Source: Octopus bimaculoides | Taxonomy: Eukaryota | Direction of reading: 5' to 3' | Length of the DNA stretch: 64,000 nt | Assembly: GCF_001194135.2 (NCBI RefSeq) | Contig: NC_068986.1 | Location: 72,142,030 to 72,206,029, forward strand | Shown: one piece after another, positions 24,701 to 37,879 of the stretch | Numbering within the stretch: position 1 is the first letter of the stretch | Layout of the letters: the number at the start of each line of letters is the position of its first letter | The notes under the pieces: model-generated | What the model was told of the DNA's origin: nothing | Seen by the model: only the letters and a program-made list of their open reading frames with translations | Databases searched by the model: none | Translations under genes and position numbers: made by a program

Positions 24701-25243
24701 TTTTCTATATATAAATGTTTGTTTTTATGTTACAATAAAAACAATTTTAGATTTAATTGAAGGATTACTCAATACATTTGGTAGAGTACAAATTTATTCT
24801 TTAACAATAGTATTGACAGTGACTTCAAAGTTTCAGGGTGTAGAGTTAGGTACACAGGGTGTAGAGTTAGGGTATTTCCAGGGAAGCACTCAACCCAAAA
24901 ACTGGGCTATCAACATTATCGGGTTCCAGGCCAAAGCCAAAATTCATCAAGTGTAGAAAATCCAAGTTTCAAAATGACTCCACTGTAAAGTGAGTTAGGA
25001 GAAGAGTAAATAATTCAAATGATAAGAACACAAAGAAAATTCCTTAACACATTTTTAATGATTCATTACAATTGCTTCTGCACCTTCGATGCAAGTCTGA
25101 TGAAGTGCCTCTCTAATATCTAAAACTGCAAACATTACATAAATTTTTGTGTTAACTGGCACTGCAAATAGAGTTGGTACAGAAACAATTGTAACAAATT
25201 ATTAAAGATGTGTTAAAGAATTTTTTTTGTCTTCTTATCATTT

Positions 25244-25282
<39 letters not shown>

Positions 25283-25736
25283 GGCAATTTTTATCTGTCT
25301 GTTACCAACTTAGTGCCTAAACCACCAAAATAATATTCACGAAACTTTGCATACATGTGACACTAACATCCAGTTCAATAATAGGCTATTTGGATTTCAA
25401 TAAAAATCTATAATGTGCCCACCCCCTCTGGGGTGTTAGATGAATTATATGATAATATGAGAAGGTTGCAAAATTATAAGTCTGAGGTAGTAACAGAGAG
25501 AGGGTGGGTTATATCAGTGAAGGCAAGAACAGTAGTGAAATTGGGATGATAACATTAATAAAGCTGTCATATACACATGACACTGCATACATACTTTCAT
25601 AAATACATAGATACAATACACACATGCACACACACAGAATAGTGGGTGTGAGGAATACGTAGCTTTACCGAGAGTGGGGATAGGTGGCTTTTCTGATGTC
25701 CATCGCAAAGAAACACTCACTCACAGACACACACAC

Positions 25737-25787
<51 letters not shown>

Positions 25788-25981
25788 CATATGTCTACTA
25801 TACACCATTTTAAACTCGTGATTACCTGTGTGTACATATTGACATATGATTGGGGATAGGAATGGGCGTGGAACTAAAACAGGAACTGAACAGGGAACAG
25901 GATAGGACATGAAACAGTGTAATGGGAATGGGAACTGGAAATAACCCCTACTTTTATGGGTATTACTGGGTAATTCAGCTA

Positions 25982-25982
<1 letters not shown>

Positions 25983-26064
<82 letters not shown>
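25983..26064. repeat. (TA)n microsatellite
   Basis: Direct observation; many similar (TA)n, (CA)n and (TACA)n tracts are not listed individually. Confidence 0.97.
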
Positions 26065-26069
<5 letters not shown>

Positions 26070-26929
26070 TATGAGATTAATTTGGTAAAAATAAACAGTC
26101 TGGAAATCTATCATATAATGTGTGTGTGTATGCACATGCATGCGCACGCATACATGACTACATGCATACATGCCTACATGTAAATGAATGTGTTTGCATA
26201 TGTGCATATCTTTGCAAACATTTACATTTACATTCTGCAATTCACATGAAAATGTTGAGCTATAGTTTAGTTTGTTGACATTCCCTATCAACAAGCTGCC
26301 CACTAGCTGTGTGCTTTCCAAGGCAAGTGAAAAATCCCTAACTTGAAAAATAGGTGACGATTGATAACAGGAAAGGCATCTAACTGTAAAACAAAGTTCG
26401 ACATGTATTCATTTAACTTAATATAGCAAGGAAAAAGAATGAACAAATGAATGAAAATTCATACCTGTGTGTGTGTGTGTGTGCACACGCGCGCGCGTAT
26501 GCAAAATCAACCTCCTTAAACTAGTAACACCAAAACAAGCATAACCCTTACCATAATTAGAATCATATAGAAGGACAATCACATATTGTTAATGTATGGT
26601 ATAATATAACAAAACCACCACAAACCAAGAACACATACAAGTTTAACACAACAAGAGTGTATACATTCATCTTCAGCTGCTATACAGATATCATTATAGT
26701 TTTGACACTTGGATAGTACCATTCAATCAGGTGGTGTCAATAGTATTAAAAACATAAATGCTGACAAGAAATTAATAGACAAAATGCAGAAGTGAAACAT
26801 TAGCACATTTTGTCCATTACATTTACACCTGCTTATTGTCATGAATACAAATCTCAAGCACATATCTTCAATGAGACGGATACAGTTTCTATCAGGACAA
26901 GTAACCACTAATAACTCTTCTTAGTGAGA

Positions 26930-27355
26930 CAACTACAGAAGTTTTTCGCTTGACAATTGACAAGTCTCTTCACCCCTTGGGAGTCATTGGGGCATTGCAA
27001 CCATGCAGTGTATCTAAAGCAAGAAAGCCTGGCAGAACCCATCAAGCTCCAGGCTAAACTCATTTCTACAGCTCAGTGGACTGGAGCAATGTGAAATGAA
27101 GTGTTTTGCTTAAGAACACAATGGAATGCTCGGTCCAGGGATCAAAACCACAATCTTATGGTCATAAATCCAATACCCTAACCACTAATTGACGCACATC
27201 CACTAATGGTACTCATTTCTATAGCTGAGTGGACTGGAGCAATGTGATGTGAAGTGTTTTGCTCAAGAACAAAACGCATCACCTGGTCCAGAAATCAAAA
27301 CCACAATCTTACGATCATGAGTCAAACACCCTAACCACTAAACCACGCACCTCCA
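26930..27355 (-). mobile_element. SINE family C variant with tandemly duplicated head (~27055-27207, ~27208-27355)
   Basis: Two consecutive agctcagtggactggagcaatgtga...aaaaccacaatctta...ccctaaccact units. Confidence 0.78.
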
Positions 27356-27399
27356 TAAGTTATATAAACCATTATAATTAGCATTTGCTAGAAAAGACT

Positions 27400-27750
27400 C
27401 TATAGTCTGATGGTCATGGAAAACATTGGGTGTAAATGAATGACTTGTGAAGCCATCCAGGTTATTTACAGCAAGATGTTGTCAGCAAAGTGGAAGTTAG
27501 CAATAAGACAGTGATGTATTTAGCATGTAGGTATTTGTCAAAGCTCAGTCCTCAGCTCTCACCAGTTTAGCTCATAAAAGAGGAGTTCAAGATTGGCTAT
27601 CCATAATGTCCTGTATGCTGGAGATCTAGTTCTTACAGCCAAATAAGATGAAGTATTTAGGGAAAAAGTTTCAACATTTGCAGGTTCCAGATTCAAAAGG
27701 CCTAAAAGTAAACCCAGAAAGGAGAAAAGTTTTATCAGATAAAAACACAG
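27400..27750 (+). mobile_element. RTE RT scrap
   Basis: EEFKIGYP..VLYAGDLVL; similar to 41400-41560. Confidence 0.6.
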
Positions 27751-28686
27751 AATTCTACTGCCACCCGAAGAAGTAATGTTTCATATGAAAGAAAAGAGAA
27801 AGTAAAAATTCTATTCTGTGAGTTGAATATAAACAATAAATGTACAAAAGGTGAAGTGAGATCACAGGTAAGTTGACAGAGAAGAACAACATATGCAACA
27901 GACAAAGAAGAGTAAATAGGAGTAAGAATATGAAGTAAAATCTTTCAACTACCAAGATGTCTTGCTAGAAGCAGTCAACAGCTTCACTTACATATGTGAT
28001 TTAATCATAAGTGGAAGTGGGTGTTGTGAAATGATAGTTGCTAGAGTAAAGGTACAGTGAAAAATATGAAGGAAACTATTCTAATAATAACAGTAAGTTT
28101 TTTTCCATTTGGGGAAAAGCAGATTGTATGATGTTTGTGTATAAAGTGTGATACTGCATAATAGTGAGACAAAAGTACTAACTGAAGAGTCTGTATGAAA
28201 GCTGGAAAAAAATAACTGAAGCAAGCATGCTCCCCTGGATGTATAATTTCAGCATACATGAACAGTGTACAGATGAAAGGAGAGAAAAACATGTGCAACA
28301 GAGTAATCGACTGTACTGTGCATGAGAAAAGTCTGTGCTGTTGCAGATATTCTTCATAAGTGGATATGAAGAATGGTTGTTGAGAGAAAAAGAGTCTAGC
28401 TAGTTAAGTGGAAAGAGGCTGTAGATGAAAAAGATCTGGTGAAGGCTGATCTCATAAAATAATTATGATGATATACATGCACATAAAAGTATATATAAGC
28501 TAATATGTTAATATACATACATGTACACATAAAATGTGTGTGCGTATGCATGTTTGTTTTTGAGTGAGCACACATGTTTACGCACACACACACATATAAA
28601 TGTAGATATATAAACACTTAATGCAAACATATATATCATGATATATATATGCGTGTGTGTGTATGTATATGTGTGTATGTGTATGC

Positions 28687-28726
<40 letters not shown>

Positions 28727-29279
28727 ACATGTGTAGATATATATAAATATACAAAGTGGATGTACATGAAGTATGATCATTGCTAGAAATAAAAGCCGGT
28801 AATCTATCGGCACTATGTAGAGCTTCACTGAATGTTTACAGGCAGACATGTTTGCAGTCAGTGAATATAGGAAAATTCTGTCTTACCTCTATGGAGACTG
28901 TTAGAGGAATGAAGGATAATTCAGTACCACAGTTTCAAACTTTTCAGATCACGTGCGTGAGTGCAAATCTGATTGGTTATCTTCAGTTGAATCTACCATT
29001 GATGACCAAATTTTAAGATATTCACTACATCTCTGCCTGTTTACTCAGCTGAAAACTCTACATAGCAATGATCGAACTTCGTGTACATCAGCTTTGTATA
29101 TCTATAATTCTACCTTTTATGGTGTTTTATTCTTGCTGGATAGTAATATTATTTTTAATATTATCTATATTTCTTGCTTGTCCTCCTTGCATTCATAATT
29201 TCTCCATCACTTTGGTTCAACAGCCCTCACCGTTTGTTTTTACTGACATGTTCTCACTGTCCTGTTCTTGTTAACACTT

Positions 29280-29690
29280 TCACCCTCCGCAAAAAATCCC
29301 AAATTTTATTTAATTTGCTTTGCGGGAAGCACTGTTTCAACGAAGTCGCGTATTGTCCTTACCTTCAAAACGTGGAGTAGACAAAACAGGGACAACTGAA
29401 GAAGGGGTATATTCTTTATGTTGCATGTCTTCATTCTCTGTCTGTTTTTTCGTTATTCGAAAAAAAAGTTTGTTTTCTATGTTTTCGTTTCACATTGTGT
29501 TTAACGTTTTTTTGATGTCTTGTACCCATATATGTACCCATGCATATATGTACCCATATATGCATGTATATATACATATATATGTAGGTATACATATATA
29601 TGTATGTATATATGCATATATTTATATATTATTTATATTATTATATGATCGAATGCCATGCATCCTTTTCCAAGTAAGTTTTATATATAT
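29280..29690 (+). repeat. Penelope-associated terminal (pLTR-like) repeat containing a hammerhead-like motif
   Basis: 29504-29680 is duplicated at 31044-31195; it contains GAA..CGCG-TA and CTGAAGA motifs with a complementary helix (see findings). Confidence 0.5.
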
Positions 29691-29879
29691 ATATACGTAT
29701 GTATATATGTATTATATATGTATGTATGCATGTATATGTATATGTATAGACACATAGTGTGTATGTGTGTCTGTGTTTATGTATGTGTGTGTGTGTGTGT
29801 GTAAATATAATTAAGATTCAGTTGAATTAGGTACCTAAATTGAGGCACCTTCCTAGGTTGGTATAATCCGCACACCCAA

Positions 29880-30512
29880 ACAATACTAATTGAATATTGA
29901 ATATCAAAACTCCGTGTGTTTATACTTTAGGTTGTCTCTTACTGAGAGTTATAGTTTGATCTGTAATGATATTTCTCAATTCCTTACTTTGTGCAATGAT
30001 TGGTAGGTTTGCTTTAGCGATATTGAAGATGTTCTGGTGGCATGGATTGTGTGTCACTATAAATGGTATGATTTGTTCTTGTTTTTCTCTTCTTTGCGGT
30101 GTCCTCAGTTGTTGTATGGGTATTTTCGAATCCCACTGAATACCATTTTCTATAAGTAGTGACGGGTATTTTTGTTTAAGCAGAAATTCTTTCAGTTCCA
30201 TCAGGTGCTGATTTCTGGTCTTTAGATCCTCTACAATGGTACAGATTCTTCTGGCTAAGCAGTATGGGATGTTACGTTTTGTATGGGGTGGATGGCACGA
30301 TTTAAAATTCAGGTATTGGTGTGTATCTGTGTGTTTATAATATATATCTGTGGTAATGGTGGTGTTCTTTTTAACTACCATTATATCTAGAAATGATAAT
30401 TTGATACTGCTCATCCCCTTTGTGAATTGGATGGACGGGTGTAGGTTGTTCAGGATGGTGTTGAATTCTTCCACAGTGTTTTGAGATTTTGTCCAGATTA
30501 TAAAGTATCTCA
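29880..30512 (-). mobile_element. Penelope-like element, RT thumb/linker fragment
   Basis: RY|FIIWTK...LNNLHPSIQFT...LSFLDIMV...TTDIYYKHTDTHQYLNFKSCHPPHTKRNIPYCLARRICTIV...IPFIVTHNP. The frame is open for ~195 aa but starts at, and lacks, the catalytic DD. Confidence 0.9.
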
Positions 30513-31748
30513 GCACGCAATTTTGTCAGTGAACAGGTCGCGGTCTCAAAGCGTTGAAAATATTTTGACAATTTAAATTTAAATGTTGAAGTGAATCTAA
30601 CGGTTTTTGCATGTTTCGTAAATGGCTTATAAACACCTTCTACGCTGCAATTATTATATATATATATATTTAGATTCAGGTGAATATGGTACTTAAGTTG
30701 AGACACCAGAATTTAGTACGCTATTATCCATACAATTTCAAAGTAAGGTGATTAAAACCAAAATAAGCAACAAGGATATCCAGATGTAATGCAGTATGAT
30801 TGTTTCATGCAACTCCATTTAATTGAACAATGTAATCATTACATCAATTTAAATACAGAGCAATCCTCAGCTGCACAAAGACATAGAATTTATTTAAATT
30901 AGAACAGATGGACACATTAGTATAATTTTACATAGAAGTTAACTTCTATGTTGTAGTATAAGCAACATGTTCTTTGTCTATCTCCTAAGGGATTCTTTGC
31001 GGAGGGTTAAAGTAGTAACAAAAACAGTTGCCTCATTTTGTTGACGTTTTTTTTTTTATGTCCTGTACCCATATATGCATGTATATATGCAAATATATGT
31101 AGGTATGTACATATATGTATGTATATATGTATATATTTATATATTATTTATATTATTATATGATCGAACGACACGCATCCATTCTCAAGTAAGTTCTATC
31201 TGCATTCAGCCAAGCCTGATCTTTCTTTCTTGGCCAAACGTTGTACGTGCAACATCGATATTCCTCCCTGTGCCTGTGAAATCTTGTATCCCTGCCGTAA
31301 GGCTTTATTTCCACACACGCCAGCTTAATTTAATTCATCCTTAGTCAAAAGACATGTGTTGCTATGTCCTGCTATTATTTTTATTTTTATTGTATTTGTG
31401 TAACATTATTTGTTTTTTTCCGTCCTTGTTTTTTGTATACATTCACTGCTATTTTCCAAGGAATCTAATGCGCTTAGCTTAGTTTTTTCCTTGGGGCTGG
31501 CCAGATTGGAGCAATATCGAGAATAACCAGCTGAAATTGCAAAGATAATCTGGATCTCAACTGAGGAAAGAAAACTCCGAATGACCTGTCCTTGTTTTCT
31601 TTGTACCGTCTGTCTGGATGTTTTGTTGTCCCTTTCTTGTATCACCTAACTGTCTGGATGTTTTGCGTTCTTGTCCCATTTTGTATTATTTATATATATA
31701 TATATATATATTTATGTATGTATATATATGTATATATATATATATATG

Positions 31749-31813
<65 letters not shown>

Positions 31814-31837
31814 GTATATTCTGTGTGTATGTATGTG

Positions 31838-31872
<35 letters not shown>

Positions 31873-32689
31873 TGAAGAAAGAAACATTAAGATTGAACTA
31901 TCAAAAGAGATCAAATGTAGGTTGCAATTGTGGATATGAATATATAAAAAGTAAGGTAACCATAAAAATAAATATGATTGTATAATGTTGAAGTGTACAG
32001 TGAAAGGATACTGTGCAGGAATGGTGGTTGTAATGTGAGGGTGAATGATAGAGGGTAAAAGTTGATGTTAATAGTTTAAGGAATGTCTTAGTTATGTTGA
32101 GGAAGGATAGTCTAGGTCATGTATGGGTTATAATAAAGGAGGAATTACGTGTGACTGAACCATAATGTAAGGTGTTTGGAAGAAGTGATACATCATCTAA
32201 GAAAGAAGTAAGTGAACTGTGCACCTGAGCAGCTGTATTTATAGTTAGTGTTATGAAATGCATCAAAGATCAGTGTGGAATTGTGTAGTCAGGCAGTAGT
32301 GTCATTTACAAGAACATCCTAAATAATTGTTTCTTATTTAGGTACAAGGCTAGCAATTTTATGGGGAGGAGATTAGTTGGTGACCTCTGAGGGATATGAA
32401 AGCTAAAGTTGACCCTAGTAAGATTTGAACTTAGAATGTAAAGTGCTTGAACATATACCACAAAGCATTTATACTAACCTTCTAATGATTCTGCTAGCTC
32501 ACTGCCTCAGCAATATTCGAAATAATCTCGTTAAAATGTGTCCCTTAGACTGTCTAACTTTTCATTTAACAGAATTGTTAAAGAATGTTCTATTTACTAT
32601 AACAAATCATTAACATTGGCTTCCAGGAAAAAAAAAATATCACATACACTTAACTTCAGAATACTCATCAACAAAAATAGAGAACTTAA

Positions 32690-33330
32690 TATTTACTGAT
32701 ATAATTCGCCATTTAACTTAGAATTAAGCACACCTAAAGCAAAAATATTCTCCCTGATGTAAAAAGTATAAAAGTTTTGATAGGAATGCTAAAAAACTTT
32801 CATATTCAATGAATGCCTTCCTTGAATAATCTATAGCTACTTCCAGTAGTTTTCAGTTCAACAATCTAGTCACTCATATCTAATAACAGCTGCAACCGTA
32901 GCATATTCTGTCCTGCCCATGCTTCAAAGTTGTTGGCTAAAAATATTCTCTATCAAGAATTACATTGACCTCACTGCCAATTCCTTCAAAATTAGATATA
33001 ACCAGCACACATTTTCTTTCAGATACCTCTAGATGAAATACTCTCTTTCTACCCATATTGGCACCGAGAATATGTTTTATAATCTAAAACTGAAAATACT
33101 TACTAAAGCCAAACCCTACACTGGTGATTGGAAGACATGTGGACTATGCATACAGAGATCCTATGAACCTAGCACCTTCTACTTAACAGACATTCCAAAG
33201 CGTTTTTATGCAACCATAAAAGTTTTAAAATGTACAAGCTCTTGAAATCCATTCCCATGCTTTCCTAACACATGTTACCTGAATTTTTCCATATATCATC
33301 TTCAGTAACTCCTCTCACATTTCCTACATT
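32690..33330 (+). mobile_element. Penelope-like element, linker and GIY-YIG endonuclease relic
   Basis: YNSPFNLEL..., DRNAKKLSYS, and from 32958 NYIDLTANSFKIRYNQHTFSFR..LSTHIG...LKILTKAKPY...CGLC. Confidence 0.78.
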
Positions 33331-33687
33331 CCCATGCAACACTGTACAACTTTCATCCTTATTTCTTACAACAACAATTGCTATTATAGATGTTGGTGTT
33401 AGTATAACATTCATACTTTTTTGCACAATTATTCCTTGTCATAGCATATTATTTTCTCATTTTTTACATTTGTTCATTGTTATTTTTTATAATCTCATAA
33501 TTTCTGCACCTGATACCTTTAATTACTTCTTACACCTTTGTGATTTCCAGCCCTCTTCTTTTTTTATTTGAATTTATTTCTTTTACTATCTCCAACTTGT
33601 CTTCCTACATTTAAATGCTTGTAGTTTATTCCTGCAATTAATCCTTGCTTTCTTATTTTAACTTTTTTAAAACTTTTCTCTTTTTAA

Positions 33688-35155
33688 CTCTTTAGTGTTT
33701 AAACCGGTCATAACCAGCCAAAAATTATTCCCCTTTATTTGTTTGAACCAGCCAAATCCGGCTGTATCTGATTCCGCTATGAAATCTTTTAAAAGAAAAA
33801 CAAATCACATTATTAAAATTTCATAGCTTTGAGATAATGTACTTACATGTGCAGTACTATTATAAGCAGCCACAAAGGTTTACCCCATGAAATGTAAACA
33901 AAATTATAAAAATGAGGGGATGTTTTACAAATGCAAAAACAAAATTTGTTAGCAACTTTATACAAAGACAAAATACAGATTTTATTTCTGCCTACTGGCA
34001 TTGGTGCTAAAGGAAACCCCTGGTGAATGAATATTTACTATAATAAATATGTGGGTGGGGTTGACAAATCCAACCAGTATTGGGCATATTACCCATTTGG
34101 ACGACCTGGGAAGAAATGGTGGAGGTACATTTTGTGGTTTTTAGTGAATTTATCTATAGTTAATTCATATATTGTTTTGTAAAAAGCCACAAGGTACCTC
34201 CGCCACCAAAAAACTATGACTATTTGAAATTTTGGGTTGACAGAAAGCACAGAACTGGGAGAAAAGGAAAATTAACTGAGGTAGATGTCAACAGAGAAAA
34301 TATTGACTTCCATAAAGTGGAAAAGATAAATGCAAGGAAAAAAGTTTGCAGACTGTTTGCTGCAAAAAAGAAAAGCTCTGAAAGGATATCAAGTCAAGAC
34401 CTCATATATGTGTCCATTTTGCAAAGTGCCCTTGTGTAAAGGGTGCTTTGGACAGTTTCATGATAGAAATATGGCATTTTGTTGTTTGATAGTAATATCA
34501 TATATTCCTTTTGTTTTATTACAAACAATATGTGAAAGTGAGAAATACATATTAATTTTCAGTATGTTACACACCTGTATTCACCTTTGCCTCACCTGTT
34601 AATGAGCTTTTTTTATTAGATGCATCCTGTTATGTAAATGTATTCATTAAATTGTATAAAAGTAGATAGCCAAAGGTATATTGATTAGTAAAAGAGTTTT
34701 GTACTCAATGAAAATGTTTGAATGAAAGAATAAAATCTTGTACCATTTATACCTGCATTTTGATTAATTCAAATTAATGTGCCTCATCTTGAAAAGTGAC
34801 AAAATTGTTGGCAGTTAATTTGGGATAATTTGGAATAATTTTAGTAACAAATCGAACAGGTAAGATGCATTAAGAATTTCAATTTTAGTGTTTATCCATA
34901 ATGTTATTCCTTTTACACCTGTTAATTGAATTTACCTGCCCATAAAAGCCAAATTTACCCAGCAAGATCAGCCAAAATTATATAACTATAAATCACTGGT
35001 ATATAAGCACCTCCTGACAAAATTTCAAATCAGTATGTAAAAAATTAACAAAGTTACAAGCAAATATTGTGGACACCCCTCTTGAACCTGAATAATTCAA
35101 AATAACGTGAACAAATAAGCATTATATTTGACAAATTAATCTGAACACTAAAGGG
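33688..35155 (+). mobile_element. piggyBac internal-deletion derivative with TTAA TSDs
   Basis: TTAA|CTCTTTAGTGTTT ... GAACACTAAAGGG|TTAA (33684-33687, 35156-35159). Internal YYNKYVGGVDKSNQYWAYYPFGRPGKKWWRYILWFLVNLSIVNSYIV (from 34036) and a C-terminal Cys-rich domain TSYMCPFCKVPLCKGCFGQFH. Confidence 0.9.
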
Positions 35156-35724
35156 TTAATTCCTTATTTTTCCTCATATATCTCCTTGTCTCAACTGTCT
35201 TCCAAACCTCTCTATGACAGAAACTCTCCACCCCCATTTTAGTTTCATTTTTGTTATCTTTTCCTTATCTTGATGGTTTTATTTTTTCTCTTCTTATTTT
35301 GTATATTTTTCTGTTTTTTTCCTCCACTGCTGCTTCCCCATTCCTTTAAACTGTAAACAACACTATTACCAAACCACACATTTCCTCGTTTACTTGACCT
35401 TGACTATAAACAGCATTACTCTCCACTCATACCCCAGCCAGTCGATTCCCTATTTCTTTATATCACCTTACATTGCCTAGACTATAAACAGCACATGGTT
35501 TCCTACTTCTTTGTAGCATCTTATATGCTATCTGAATTTGCTGCAACTGTCTTCAATTTATCATCTTTTAAAATCCTTTCAACTTTTAACTTTTACCATT
35601 CACCTTTACCACCCCCCTCATCTCTTAATTATTGTTTTTACTGTTTCTTAAATCTTTTATTGTTTTTTTAATATCAGCTTTACTATTTTCTAATAGTATT
35701 TTTAATTCTTCCTTGTACATTTAT

Positions 35725-35960
35725 TATCATCATCATCATCATCATTTAATGTCCATGTTCCATGTTGGCATTGGTTGAATGGTTTGATAGGATCCAATGG
35801 CCCTAAGGACTGCATTGTGCTCCAGTGTTTGTTTGACTTTGTGTCTACAGCTGAATGCCCTTCCTAACACTAACCATTTTACAGTGTGTAGTGGGTGCTT
35901 TTATTGCGTCACCAGTACTAGTAAAGTTGCCATGCAGCTTGCAAGACTACGAACCTCAAA
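35725..35960 (-). mobile_element. RTE 3' UTR fragment with (CAT)n tail
   Basis: catcatcatttaatgtccatgttccatgttggc...atgcccttcctaacactaacca. Confidence 0.68.
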
Positions 35961-36417
35961 TGGGGAAGTGGAGCTTTATGCTTGAAGAATAAGGAAGAGA
36001 GAAGGATTAAAGTATAAGAGAAAAGGGCCTGAGAAGAGCAGGTTTCTTGCTGAAGAGCTATATGACTACGCACACTATAGAAGACAGGGTTTGAAGTAGG
36101 TGGAGCTGGAAATTGGTGATGACATGTCAGAGCAAACCTTCAAGATACAAGCCAAATTGGAATGAGTGGGGTAGGGGTACCATGAGTGAGTGGGAGGATT
36201 AGGGGATTTTTGGTGCAGGACAGCAGCATAGGGAAGATGATACAGTAAACGAAGGGTGTGTGTGTGTGAAAGAGAGTTGATGTGCTGCTGCATAGGTTGT
36301 CGCTTCCATTATACTATTCCTTCTACCCCCCCCCTATTCCAACCATGACAGTATATTCATATTCTCACATTTATTACACTTCTCTGAGGAGATGCAAGTT
36401 GTAACTTCTGGACATCT

Positions 36418-36809
36418 TGTTTGTTGTTGTTGGCACTCCGTCGCTTACGACGTCGAGGGTTCCAGTTGATCCTATCAACAGAACAGCCTGCTCGTGAAAT
36501 TAACGTGCAAGTGGCTGAGCACTCCACAGACACGTGTACCCTTAACATAGTTCTCGGGGATATTCAGCGTGACACGGTGTGACAAGGCTGACCCTTTGAA
36601 TTACAGGCATAACAGAAACAGGAAGTAAGAGTGAGAGAAAGTTGTGGTGAAAGAGTACAGCAGGGTTCGCCACCATCCCCTGCCAGAGCCTCGTGGAGCT
36701 TTAAGTGTTTTCGCTCAATAAACACTCACAACGCCCGATCTGGGAATCAAAACCGCGATCCTATGACCGCGAGTCCGCTGCCCTAACCACTGAGCCATTG
36801 CGCCTCCAC
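36418..36809 (-). mobile_element. SINE family C, full-length copy with (CAA)n tail
   Basis: Collinear with 20752-21132 in reverse. Confidence 0.88.
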
Positions 36810-36840
36810 CGGGACATCTTGTAAGAAGGTAATAAATACC

Positions 36841-37218
36841 AGGCATGGTTGTGTGGTAAGAAGCTTGCTTCCCAACCACATGGTTCTGGGTTCAGTCCCA
36901 CTGCGTGGCACCTTGGGCAAGTGTATTCTACTATAGCCTCGGGCCTACCAAAGCTTTGTGGGCAGATTTGGTAGATGGAAACTGAAAGAAGCCCATCATA
37001 TATATGTGTGTGTGTCTGTGTTTGTCCCCCTACCAGCATTTGACAACTGATGTTGGTGTGTTTATGTCCCTGTAACCTATTGGTTCAGCAAAAGAGACTG
37101 ATAGAATAAGTACCAGGCTTACAAAGAATAAGTCCTGGGGTCAATTTCTTTGACTAAAACCCTTTAAGGTGATGCTCCAGCATGGCTGCAATCAAATGAC
37201 TAAAACAAATAAAAGAAT
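36841..37218 (+). mobile_element. SINE family A, full-length copy
   Basis: Head aggcatggttgtgtggtaagaagcttgcttcccaaccacatggttctgggttcagtcccactgcgtggcacc; body and tail collinear with the reverse complement of 799-1257. Confidence 0.88.
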
Positions 37219-37271
37219 ATATAAAACTAATATTAATATACATAATTGCAAACATGTGTGTACATATCTAA

Positions 37272-37319
<48 letters not shown>

Positions 37320-37597
37320 ACATGTGTGTGTGTGTGCATATTTGTATGTGTACATATGTGTGTGTGTATGCACGTACGTACACACACACACACACACAAC
37401 TGCACGCGATTGTTGGCAATTTTTTCCCTCCTTCATCTTGGACTTTCCTGTTTCTTCCTGTTTCCAAAGAAGAGCTATACTCAAAACGTAAAGCTTCTAC
37501 TCTTTTCTTTCTCTGAGCGTCTTATTAATACATTGCTTGTGCCATATCCAAACGTTTGTTTGTTTTTTTCTTTTTCTCTGTGTTTTTATGAAATGAC

Positions 37598-37641
<44 letters not shown>

Positions 37642-37791
37642 NNNNNNNNNNNNNNNNNNNNNNNNNNNNNNNNNNNNNNNNNNNNNNNNNNNNNNNNNNN
37701 NNNNNNNNNNNNNNNNNNNNNNNNNNNNNNNNNNNNNNNNNNNNNNNNNNNNNNNNNNNNNNNNNNNNNNNNNNNNNNNNNNNNNNNNNNN

Positions 37792-37833
<42 letters not shown>

Positions 37834-37879
37834 GTATGTATGTATATATGTACATACATACATACATACATATATGATT

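Noticed and set aside
24834-24871. Telomere-like GTTAGGG in a 21-bp tandem duplication
   Set aside because: Only one TTAGGG and two units; most likely a local slippage duplication.
28780-29100. Possible GIY-YIG relic upstream of the hammerhead-like motif
   Set aside because: Only vague VIY/GQT-like hints with no consistent frame; I cannot support it without a search.
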